Shown here: positions 27,650-38,114 of the stretch, one piece after another
Numbering within the stretch: the first letter of the stretch is position 1
How the letters are laid out: each line of letters begins with the position of its first letter
Assembly (NCBI RefSeq): GCF_006345805.1
Contig: NW_021834556.1
Coordinates: 1 to 46,486, forward strand
DNA: 46,486 bases
DNA from: Octopus sinensis
Lineage: Eukaryota
Reading direction: 5' to 3'
Notes under the pieces: model-generated
Database searches by the model: none
Told to the model about the DNA's origin: nothing
Seen by the model: only the letters and a program-made list of their open reading frames with translations
Translations under genes and position numbers: made by a program

Positions 27650-27665
27650 TAATAATAATAATAAT
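25790..27665 (+). mobile_element. R4/Dong-like non-LTR retrotransposon, decayed and internally deleted, ending in a (TAA)n tail
   Basis: Motifs KHRIQLKAQRLRCYDKRIKFYHQNKAF, EGTTYLLPK, TYKILTSILTERIY, KDQLLMNKMI, KAFDSI, CQGDSLS, then an abrupt jump to the C-terminal GAFGSI...QKSALLG..KILR. (TAA)n at ~27605-27665. Confidence 0.88.
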
Positions 27666-27667
27666 CC

Positions 27668-27868
27668 TTTCTACTATAAGCATATGCTCAGAAATTTTGG
27701 GGAAGGGGCCATGTCGATTACATGTTTTCCACTGGTACTTATTTCATCGACCCGGAAATGATGTAAGGGAAAGTCAACCTCACGGGTATTTGAACTCAGA
27801 ACGTAGCGATAGAGCAAATACCACTAAACATTTCGCCCGGAGTGCTAACGATTCTAACGACTCGCCGC
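27668..27868 (-). mobile_element. SINE-like family D, diverged copy
   Basis: Contains actggtacttatttcatcgacccgg and tttgaactcagaacgtagc; ends ctcgccgc. Confidence 0.75.
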
Positions 27869-28458
27869 ATTAATGATGATGATGATGATAATAATAATAA
27901 CAACAAGAGCAACAACAGCTAGAACACGGCTCGAGTTATAAGAATTGCATTCAAAGTTTGTGACATATTATATTAAATAATATATCAATTATTTGTTGCT
28001 GTGAAAACTTTTACTAACTGTCCAATTAACGAAGGAATTGAATTAATACCTCGCTTGATACAGTCGATGATCGATTCTTATTTTTACTGGTTTTAATTAA
28101 AGTAATTTACAGCGAAACTGTCGTCACTAAGCTTTAATTTCTGGAGAATAATGGTGGAAATAATACTCTTTGGATTACACACCACAACACATCGCTCGGA
28201 ACCTGATCGAAAATTATCTCCGCACGCTAAATTGCAGATGAAACTTAACCAACTACACATTAGATATTATGCATACATGCCTGAAGAGAACCGGTGGCAC
28301 ATGCAGTCGATCACACATTGACACGTTTGTACATGCATGCAGGAATAAATTTATTGTTAGAAATACAAACATATCCCCCATAGAAAATTATATACACATG
28401 GGCGTATAGGAGGGGGAAATGCATAGAAACGACGCATACATAGGTAAACAGAAGCAGA

Positions 28459-28600
28459 ACACGCACACAACGACGCTAGAGTTCACACGCACACAATGAC
28501 GCTAGCATTCATACGCACACAACGACGCTAGCATTCACACGCACACAACGACGCTAGCGTTCACACGCACACAACGACGCTAGCGTTCACACGCACACGC
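28459..28600. repeat. 26-bp minisatellite, ~5 copies (ACACGCACACAACGACGCTAGCGTTC)
   Basis: Head-to-tail copies with no spacers. Confidence 0.9.
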
Positions 28601-28769
28601 AGAATGACCCTAACGCACATACACACATCCACACAAACATTCACGTGTGTTTGGATAAACACTCAGTCACATATACAAAAATATTTTCACAGAAACATAC
28701 ATACATATATAATTACATAATAGAATGCAAATATACGAGTAGACATTTAAGTAGCAATATATAAATATA

Positions 28770-28818
<49 letters not shown>

Positions 28819-29787
28819 CATTACAGATATAGGGTGAAAGATAATTATTTAATAAAATCATTACATTTCACCTAGTAGTATTTCGGTATGGAAAAGGACC
28901 ATATTCGGTAAAAACTTATATAATTTTAACAATAAGGGTTTTGCAACAAGTTGCTCGACCACAATACATATGTTAGTTGTCTACACCACCTGTCTTCGTC
29001 TTTTGTTTTGTTCTTTTTTTGTGAACTCTCCCCGTATATGTACACAAAGCGTACTGTTACGTACTTGCCCTTTAAATTTTTCATCATTTCTATTTGCAAT
29101 GTTAGTTCCAGAATCGTCAGCCTCATTACGTAACTGGTTATTATTGCTTGGGCAGGAATTGGAGAAATCTCATTCCAGATCTTCGCGATCATTGCCTCAA
29201 ATCAAAATTCAAAGTCATTCATGACCAAAGTGAGATTTTATCCTTTACGTTCATCCTATATTAATTTTTGTAAATTTAGGCCTACAAATCAGAGAGTTCC
29301 GACTGCTATTCTTAGAAGGCCAACGCGATCACATAAAAATACTCACAGACTTGCGTAATTATGCAGTCGCATTTCTGTTCTGAAATTCCAATTCTAATCA
29401 CTTGGAGGAAACATCGTCGTTAGTTATATCAGCATATTAAGCATATTGTATTCATATCTACTTTATCATTGTTTCCTTCTTCAAATCGGCCATTATGTAG
29501 TTTGCGGGAAATTTGGTTGTTTTTTCTAATCGGTTGTGTTTCCCCATACAAGCATTCAGCGGCTGTCCTTTTCCTATAGACGCCTTATGAAACGTGACTG
29601 AAGGGTATCATTGAAAGTTTTAACCTAATATGAGGTGTTTTTGTTTGTTTCTAATATCCATGCCTTAAGAAACTCGAGCCATTCCCTTATAAGGTACCAC
29701 CGTAGTTGTGCTTCAATTATCGCTGAAAATAGTGACAGTGAAAGAAACGGTTTTTTTTTTCACATATTACTTTCACACTTACATTCT

Positions 29788-30349
29788 TTTCTACTCTAGG
29801 CATAAGGCCCGAAATTTTGGGGGAGGGGGCCAGTCGACTAAATCGACCCCAGTACGCAACTGGTGCTTAATTTATCGACCCCGAAATTATGAAAAGCAAA
29901 GTCGATCTCGGCAGAATTTGAACTCAGAACTACAGACAATTTAATACCTATTTCTTTACTACCCACAAGGAGCTAAACACAGAAAGCACGAACAAGGACA
30001 GACAAACGGATTAAGTCGATTATATCGATCCCAGTGCGTAACTGGTACTTATTTTATCGACCCTGAAAAGGATGAAAGACAAAGTCGACCTCGGCGGAAT
30101 TTGAACTCAGAAATACCTATTTCTTTACAAACCACAAGGGGCTAAACACAGAGGGGACGAACATGGACAAACAATAGGTTTAAGTGGATTATATCGACCC
30201 CAGTGCGTAACTGGTAATTATTTTATCGCCCCCGAACGGATGAAAGGCAAAGTCGACCTCGGCGGAATTTGAACTCAGAACGTAGCGGCAGACGAAATAC
30301 CGCTAAACATCTCGCCCGGCGCGCTAACGTTTCTGCCAGCTCGCCGCCT
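29788..30349 (-). mobile_element. Three stacked family D copies (one full, two 5'-truncated)
   Basis: Full copy 30112-30349; truncated copies 29943-30111 and 29788-29930, both stopping at gaactcagaa. Confidence 0.85.
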
Positions 30350-30865
30350 TACCTCCACTGTTTACATTGAAATATAAACTGAGGTGTGTTGATCTATTTG
30401 AGAGGCATGTGTTTTGTAAAATATGAAACCTACAGAGGGATGCTGATGAATAGATGAGGTAGGGAAGGAAGGTGGGCTTAATGTAGAATTACGAAAACAA
30501 TGCTATAGTGAATATCGCACAGCCTTTGTCACTCTGCTTTCATTTTACTTGTTTTCCATCCCAAAAGCAGAAAATGGAATTTGCCGTTTAAATAGAAATA
30601 AAGGAAATGAACGATATCCCGTCATTCTTCTAAGTGGCATATATTATAGCGAATATGTTAATACGAAATTAATATGCACAGTGCTTTACTGAATAATAAA
30701 GAATACCTGGTGGTAATTTAGATAAATTCATATGTACAATACGCACATGTCCACGCATACACATGCTTCATTCACGTATTAAATACTCTGAAATAGCCGA
30801 AGAAAACCGGGAAGCATTTACACTTTGCAGTGAAAAGCAGCAAATGCATTGAAATGTCATGTTGA

Positions 30866-31292
30866 GGATCTTTTCGGTTTGAACGGCAGTTTTTTTCTAG
30901 CGGTGTCATATGAAATTATCACCCATAATTATGACCCTAGTATCGATCTATTGCATTTCAATCTGTTTTAGGGTTAGGGTCAGTTAGGGTTAAGGATGGG
31001 GGGAAGGGTATATTTTTTCTTCACAAATGTAAATACACCCAATCTGTTTCTTAAACGAGGGACATATTCATACGGCATAGAATGTTTTTACCTCAATAGA
31101 TGTCAGTTATTGGTTGAAATTGCAGAAATTGAAGAGAAAAAAACAACAAATATCTTACGAACTATAGAATTTTCTCGATAAAGCCAAGAGAAAAAGATGC
31201 TTTATAAACACATTCTACCAGTATACGAAGTTTAACATTTTTTAGTTACCTAGAAATTATGTTAAAAACTGCCGTTCAAACCGAAAAGATCC
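30866..31292. mobile_element. MITE with 29-bp perfect TIRs, GG...CC termini and 8-bp TSD (Merlin- or hAT-like)
   Basis: TIRs ggatcttttcggtttgaacggcagttttt / aaaaactgccgttcaaaccgaaaagatcc. Flanks catgttga (30858-30865) and cacgttga (31293-31300). Internal ttagggttaggg motifs. Confidence 0.88.
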
Positions 31293-31451
31293 CACGTTGA
31301 TAAGAACATTGGTCATCACCAAAGCTAATCTTTTTGAATTTTATCCTCGCAGTATTTTACCTAAACAATTGCTAATCTGAGAGCTAGCCGCAAGAAAACA
31401 TGTATTTTCAATTATATGAAATTTTGAATAGCATCACACATTGTTTTCGAT

Positions 31452-31645
31452 TTTTGGCACAAGACCAACACGTTTGGGGGTAGGGACAAGTCCTAGACAT
31501 CGATATTACTGCTCAGCTGATACTTATTTTTTCGATCCCGAAAGGAAAAAAGGTAAAGTATACATCGGCGGGATTTGAACTCAGAACGTATATACGGACT
31601 AAATGCCGCTATTTTTCCGGCGTGCTTACGATTCCGACAGCTCAC
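31452..31645 (-). mobile_element. SINE-like family D, diverged copy
   Basis: Contains gatcccgaaagg...cggcgggatttgaactcagaacgta. Confidence 0.65.
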
Positions 31646-31646
31646 G

Positions 31647-32422
31647 GACTTGGGAGACCCCTTAATAGATTGGGCATGCGGTTACAACTCCTGCATATTT
31701 CACTAGCCACATCTCTTTAAAATGAACCTGACCCGTTTTAATGGCAATACATGTTCATTTCAAATTTCGGCACAAGGTCAGCAATTTCAGAGGATAGGAC
31801 AAGTCGATTGCAAGAACTCCAGTTCTGGGGAGCTTAATATGTCGACCCCAAAGGGATGAAAATTAAAGCTGACTCCGGCAGAATTTGAACTCAGAATATA
31901 AAGTCGGAAGAAATACTGCTGAGCATTTTGTCTGGCGTGATAACTATACTTTTAATTCCCTACCTTGGATGACATTAAATGATGAATTATTAAATTTACA
32001 TTACCGCTTCTTCCATCGCCATAATTACCTGTATGATGTGAGCAACGGAGAATATATTTCTTTAAACCCAGTATTTCCACTTAATTAGCGAAATATATGT
32101 GGCACCTAAATAGCAGATGTGAAAGCAGTCCTACATTAAAATGATATTTAACTTCAAATACAAAGTCACACAACTCATCTGATACTAAACGCCTTTATAT
32201 ACTATTGGAATAATGACTAATTTTACTGATGAATAACTTGACAATGAAATCGGGATATTGGATCCCGTTGTACACACTCATCTAAAATCAAATATTTCTC
32301 TCCGACGTTTCTTCTGGTATGTTGCGGCGACTTGGGAGACCCCTTAATAGATTGGGTGTGCAGTTACAACTCCTGCATATTTCACTAGCCACATCTCTTT
32401 AAAATGAACCTGACCCGTTTTA
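31647..32422. repeat. Pair of 94-bp direct repeats (31647-31740 and 32329-32422)
   Basis: gacttgggagaccccttaatagattggg...aatgaacctgacccgtttta twice, differing at ~3 positions. Confidence 0.9.
31765..31960 (-). mobile_element. SINE-like family D, diverged copy
   Basis: Contains gtcgaccccaaagggatgaaa and ggcagaatttgaactcagaa. Confidence 0.65.
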
Positions 32423-33782
32423 AGAAAGAAAACGAAATCGTTGATGGATTTACATTTGAAATATTATTATTGCTGAATCGAAGAGAAAAACAATCTCGGC
32501 TGGAAGACATCTTACATTGGGTTTAAGAAAGAAAAAGAAAAACGATGATAAAAATATAAACTATCGCCCGTACAACATCAAATGGTACTGGCATGAAACT
32601 AGCACTTCAGTAAATGAAAATCAGCTTGGATAGTATTTGAACTGAAAACGCAGGAGAAAGCCAAATAATTCAGTCCATCGTGTGCTGAAGCCAGGCGCAA
32701 AATATACTTTTCCACTAAGACCAAAGACACGCAAATACCAGACATAGTTATCAAGTACTTATATACCTATATATATTATGGATAGGCATAAATACGAAAC
32801 GGAAATTAAAGGCCGTAGCTGTAGGAAAAAATGAGATTTCTTGCTTCGTGAGTAAAACAAATATCTTTAAATAGAAATTAATCTGACTGTGTCAAATGGA
32901 CTTTTTTTCTGTATAGCGGGTATTTAATTTTGAAAGGAAATATAAAAAATATAGGTTTTTTAACCATTAATGTATGGCGATGCAATTTCAATAATTGACC
33001 AAGCTATTTTGAAATATCGATATTTTTGTCCTTCACACTCCAGACATATTTGGATAATGACATCGAATGACGTATTTCTGGATATGTGCTTTTTATGTCT
33101 ATTTTAAAATATAATTCCGGGAAAGTGTTATAGTTTGTTTTCATTATAATATCCACAAGATAAATATCACATCGAAAACCCATTGCATTAGCCATTAAGG
33201 AGCATTGTGAAGTATTATTTCATTTACAATGAGACGGGGAGGTTTTATGTATGTGCTCTGATAAGGTTTCTTCTGCCCATTCAAACTATAACACTAGCTG
33301 ACATTTACAATGTATTTGCGGAGCATCGTAACGGTACGTGAATATGGCCTCCAAGGAAATATATTTCGATTAATTATGAAGCCAAATATATTTCCAACGT
33401 TGAAGATGCCATTCAATTTAAAAGAATGGATAAACTATATAATATTATCTTCATATACTTGCCTATAGGTGTGTAGTTTTGAGTTTGTAGATAGAATGTG
33501 TCCTTTAAACCGCTACAATGCGATTTATCATCGAGTTAATATGAAAGAAAGTATATGTTCGTCAAAAGATATATTAGAAACCCTACAAACTTTAAAGGAT
33601 ACCCCAAGATCTTCGAGTTGTCGTGGAAGTGGTGTGGGTGTAGATGGTTCTGCTTTTTTAAGGCCAGCTTTTTGTACAGGATCAATGTTTCAATAATTAA
33701 AGTTGAAAAATCCGGATCTGGCAGAATCTTTAGAAGGCCGGGCAAAATGCTTAATGGCATCTCGTCCGTCTCTATGTTCCGC

Positions 33783-33850
33783 ATTCAAATTCCGCCGAAG
33801 TCGACTTTGCCTCTCTTTCTTTCGAGGTCGATAAAGTAAGTACCAGCTTC
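33783..33850 (+). mobile_element. SINE-like family D internal fragment
   Basis: ttcaaattccgccgaagtcgactttgcct...ggtcgataaagtaagtaccag. Confidence 0.65.
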
Positions 33851-34130
33851 GATGTTGCTGACCTTATTCAAACATTTGAAACCAGTATTTAAAACTGTTA
33901 TTATATGTAAAAGTAAAACAAATGTTATATAAGATATTAATAGTAGAGTATTAGATGGCATAAAACAAGCATGAGCTTCTTGGGTGTGTCCCAATTTGAG
34001 CAGTGTATATTCAGGCGGAGAAGATTTAAGTGTATTCAACGTATGTTAGAACCAACATCGTACACAGGAGCTGGATTGATTTTCTAGATCTTACATTCAA
34101 AAAGAAAGTTTGTCTTATATGCCGTCAAAT

Positions 34131-34358
34131 AGGGCGGCGAGCTGGCAGAAACGTCAGCGCGCCGGGCGAAATGCTTCGCGGTATTTCGTCTGTCGTTACG
34201 TTCTGAGTTCAAATTCCGCCGAGGTCGACTTTGCCTTTCATCCTTTCGGGGTCGATAAAGTACCAGTTTCGCACTGGGTCGATATAATCGACTTAATCCG
34301 TTTGTCTGTCCTTGTTTGTCCCTTCTGTGTTTAGCCCCTTGTGGGTAGTAAAGAAATA
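34131..34358 (+). mobile_element. SINE-like family D, full length, with ~16-bp TSD
   Basis: Collinear with 4399-4630; TSD tatatgccgtca(a/g)ata at 34116-34131 and 34359-34374. Confidence 0.9.
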
Positions 34359-34539
34359 TATATGCCGTCAGATAACTTTAATGAAATTTTCCGATGGTCT
34401 TTTTCCCCTGAGATTATAATATATGGATTTCAAATTTTCGCACAAAACCAGTAATGCCGGAAAAGGAACTAATTCGACAGCATCGACGCCAGTGATCAAC
34501 TGGTACATTTTTTATCGACATCTCAAAGTCCATCTAGCA

Positions 34540-34955
34540 TCCATTTGTCCCCTACTTTCATTCAACGAATTCCTCTTCCCTTGCCTCCGTGCCTGCATCT
34601 ATATCTAGAACACATCCCTATCGTTTCAGTAATTGCTCATCACTTGTCTCCTCGCACCTACATCCTTTCTCAGTAGCCCGCCACTTTTCCCGTCCCACCT
34701 CACTCCCTACTTCTTTCGTTGCACCATCTGCTATCTCCTTATAGCTTCTACCAGCCCTGATTAATAAACATCTGTCTCTCAACACACACAGCAACAGTGG
34801 TATATTCCTTCACAATACTAGCCACACCATCACCTCTATTTCTCTTTCTGTTCAATTCTTTACCCACACTGCTCTGCTTCTCCTACTTCTCAAACTCACA
34901 CTTCTTCAAAGACCCCACCCTCCACTGAACTGACTACACCTGTTTTTCACCAAAG
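34540..34955 (-). mobile_element. Possible decayed RTE-like LINE fragment
   Basis: Strong purine skew on the minus strand typical of LINE coding strand; only weak peptide resemblance. Confidence 0.25.
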
Positions 34956-35019
34956 CCAGAAAATTTTCAGCGTCCCCTATATATATATATATATATATAT
35001 ATCAAAGAAAACAAAAAAT

Positions 35020-35349
35020 GGTGCCTTGGGCAAGTGTCTTCTACTACAACCTCGGCCTGACCAAAGCCTTGTATGTAGATTTGGGAGACGGAAACTAAAA
35101 GAAGCCTGTTGTGTGTACATATATATATATATATATATATAATATATATATACAGATGTGTGTATGTTTGTGTGTCTGTATTTTCCTCCCACCATCCCTT
35201 GTCAACCGATATTGGTGTGTTTACGTTCCCACAACGTAGCGTTTCGGCAACAAAGACTATAGAATAAGTACTAGTCTTACAAATAGGTTCTGGAGTCGAT
35301 TAGCATGGCTGCAGTCCAATAGCTGGAACAAAGCAAATACTAAAAGAAT
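35020..35349 (+). mobile_element. SINE family A, 5'-truncated diverged copy
   Basis: ccttgggcaagtgtcttctactac...gaccaaagccttg...internal microsatellite...gaataagtacta. Confidence 0.8.
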
Positions 35350-36008
35350 ATATGCATGTATGTATGTATGTATGTATGTATGTATTGCTTCTACGTACCA
35401 AAATCATTGCACAAGTTATTGATAAGGACCAGACCATATTTCAAGACTTTAGTAATGGTGACTTGCGTTGGAGCCGAAACTAGTATAACTTATTCACACA
35501 ACTATAACTGTCACTTTATTGTAACAATAAGCAGAAAGATGAAACAGTTTATTCGATGTCTCTGGGATTGGAATTCGTAAATACGTGTAGTGAAAGACAG
35601 GATATTAAAAGAAGTCTTTCTTAGGGAATTAACCGGTTTGACGTTAGTATGTAGTTGAAAGAAGCCCGTGGGCGTCTTCGTTATTCATGCTCATATGCAC
35701 ATAACAACGCCATTTATCAGACAAAAGATTTAGTATCTGATCTTGCAGATGTAATGCAAGGACGTTGATTAATTAGTAAGGGAGGTTTATGTTATCGAGG
35801 AACCTTATTAGGGATTCCCATAGAATTGCTTAGAGGATTATATACCATTCCATAATTAGGTGAAAGAATACACAATAATATTCGCATGTAATGCATCTCG
35901 CAAAGCTCTCTTAATTATCTCTAATAAGACCAGATAAAATATCATAACATCAGATTAAGATTTTTCCTATATTTCATATATGTACAAACGTGTGTATAAC
36001 ATAAATAT

Positions 36009-36044
<36 letters not shown>

Positions 36045-36189
36045 AATATAAAGAGTGGTCACTATATGGCTCACTCTAGCACCAGTTAATCCAAAGGTTT
36101 CAACACGAAAATCATGTTTCCCATGAAAGTCAGTACGATTGTTAGCTCACACGGACAGGGCAAATAAACAATAACAAAAATACAGATTA

Positions 36190-36271
36190 TTTTGGGACAA
36201 TTGTTTCGCTATTAATGATTAAATGTAATTTTACTTACAAAAAAAATCCATTTGTAGCTCGTCAGCCAAAA
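36190..36271 (-). ncRNA. Type I hammerhead ribozyme, intact core (array copy 1)
   Basis: Minus: UUUUGG-CUGACGA-GCUA-(43 nt)-UAGC-GAAAC-AAUU-GUC-CCAAAA; predicted cleavage between 36196 and 36195. Confidence 0.88.
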
Positions 36272-36719
36272 CTATCTGGATGAAATCCACTCAATCAACG
36301 CCCAGATTTTACCATAACGATAAATACGCGTGTGGTTCAATTGATTACATCCGACGTTATAATTCAAATGCCCCAACTAACAGCGCGCCAAACTTTCACG
36401 GAAAACAAATACAGCATTTAGAAATAAATGCAGCACAATTATAATTAATTAATAAGGTGAGAGAATTAGATACTAATTTAATAGTATATCTATTCAACAC
36501 CAAGTGCCTGTGCTCCGAGAAACCTGGATTATTATAATATTTTATAACATATTATAATATTTTTACAAAATAAATTATAAGAGAGTGGTCACTATATGGC
36601 TCACTCTAGCACCAGTTAATCCAAAGGTTTCAACCACGAAAAACATGTTTCCCATGAAAGTCGCAGTACGATTGTTAGCTCACACGGACAGGCAAATAAC
36701 AATAACAAAATACAGATTA

Positions 36720-36801
36720 TTTTGGGACAATTGTTTCGCTATTATGAATTAAATGTAATTTTACTTACAAAAAAAATCCATTTGTAGCTCGTCAGCCAAA
36801 A
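36720..36801 (-). ncRNA. Type I hammerhead ribozyme, intact core (array copy 2)
   Basis: Same fold as copy 1, exactly 530 bp away; predicted cleavage between 36726 and 36725. Confidence 0.88.
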
Positions 36802-37243
36802 CTATCTGGATGAAATCCACTCAATCACACGCCAGATTTTACCATCGTACTGACTTTCATGGGAAACATGTATTTTCGTGGTTGAAACCTTTTGGATTAA
36901 CTGGTGCTAGAGTGAGCCATATAGTGACCACTCTCTTATATTTATTTTGTAAAAATATTATATGTTATAAAATATTATAATAATCCAGGTTTCTCGGAGC
37001 ACTAGGCCACTTGGTGTTGAATAGATATACTATTAAATTAGTATCTAATTCTCTCACCCTTATTAATTAATTATAATTATGCTGCATTTATTTCTAAATG
37101 CTGTATTTGTTTTCCGTGAAAGTTTGGCGCGCTGTTAGTTGGGGCATTTGAATTATAACGTCGGATGTAATCAATTGAACCACACGCGTATTTATCGTTA
37201 TGGTAAAATCTGGCGTGTGATTGAGTTGATTTCATCCAGATAG

Positions 37244-37327
37244 TTTTGGCTGACGAGCTACAAATGGAGTTTTTTTTGTAAGTCAAATTACATTTAATTC
37301 ATTAATAGCGAAACAATTGTCCCAAAA
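37244..37327 (+). ncRNA. Type I hammerhead ribozyme, intact core (array copy 3)
   Basis: ttttgg 37244-49, ctgacga 37250-56, gcta 37257-60, 45-nt insert, tagc 37306-09, gaaac 37310-14, aatt, gtc 37319-21, ccaaaa 37322-27. Confidence 0.88.
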
Positions 37328-37828
37328 TAATCTGTATTTTTGTTATTGTTTATTTGCCCTGTCCGTGTGTGAGCTAACAATCGTACTGACTTTCATGGGA
37401 AACTGTATTTTCGTGGTTGAAACCTTTTGGATTAACTGGTGCTAGAGTGAGCCATATAGTGACCACTCTCTTATATTTATTTTGTAAAAATATTATAATA
37501 TGTTATAAAATATTATAATAATCCAGGTTTCTCGGAGCACTAGGCCACTTGGTGTTGAATAGATATACTATTAATTAGTATCTAATTCTCTCACCCTTAT
37601 TAATTAATTAATATATATATATTATTATATATATATATATAATATATATATATATAAATATAAATATTAGGGAATACATCCAAATTTACAGGGAAAAATC
37701 AGATTTAGGATTAAAGATTTTATAGTAAAATATTATAAAATATTATTCGAGACAAAACCACTATTTGCAAAACACAAACAAGGAAGACTTAATCAATACA
37801 AAATTTTAATAAATAGTCAAAAAAACCG

Positions 37829-37879
37829 CCACTACAATCGTTTCTTCTGTTCTTGTCTTGATCGACAATCTTCAGGTGG
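37829..37879 (-). ncRNA. Hammerhead ribozyme disrupted by an 8-nt insertion
   Basis: Minus: CCAC-CUGAAGA-UUGUC gaucaa GACAA-[GAACAGAA]-GAAAC-GAUU-GUA-GUGG. Confidence 0.7.
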
Positions 37880-37925
37880 ACTTCAATAATTCAGTGTCAT
37901 AATTTGACACTGAATTATTGGAAGT

Positions 37926-37968
37926 CCACCTGAAGATTGTCGATCAAGACAAGAAACGATTGTAGTGG
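37926..37968 (+). ncRNA. Minimal type I hammerhead ribozyme, intact core
   Basis: CCAC-CUGAAGA-UUGUC gaucaa GACAA-GAAAC-GAUU-GUA-GUGG; predicted cleavage after A37964. Confidence 0.88.
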
Positions 37969-38081
37969 CGGTTTTTTTGACTATTTTTCAAAATTTATGT
38001 ATTGATTAAGTCTTTCCTTGTTTGTTTTGCAAAATAGTGGTTTTGTCTCGAATAATATTTTATATATATTATATATATATG

Positions 38082-38114
<33 letters not shown>

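Larger units (their letters stand above)
36040..37610. mobile_element. Retrozyme-like / Penelope-type non-autonomous array: ~530-536-bp unit, ~1.5 copies on - then ~1.4 copies on +, three hammerhead ribozymes
   Basis: Unit marker gagtggtcactatatgg repeats at a 530-bp period on the left; cgtactgactttc repeats at 36846 and 37382 (536 bp) on the right. Orientation flips at ~36845. Both ends run into (TA)n. Confidence 0.85.
37734..38064. mobile_element. Near-perfect ~165-bp-arm palindrome with 5-nt loop (taatt, 37900-37904) carrying a second hammerhead family head-to-head
   Basis: 37734-37899 is the reverse complement of 37905-38064 with few indels; TA tracts on both sides. Confidence 0.88.

Noticed and set aside
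30969-31002. Telomere or interstitial telomeric array
   Set aside because: Only ~3 degenerate TTAGGG units, located inside a TIR-bounded MITE.
32226-32260. CTGATGA...GAAA motif
   Set aside because: The intervening sequence does not pair and there is no helix I.
33370-33480. Possible GPCR-like exon (DKLYNIIFIYLPIGV)
   Set aside because: Immediate in-frame stops, no convincing splice sites and no downstream TM motifs.
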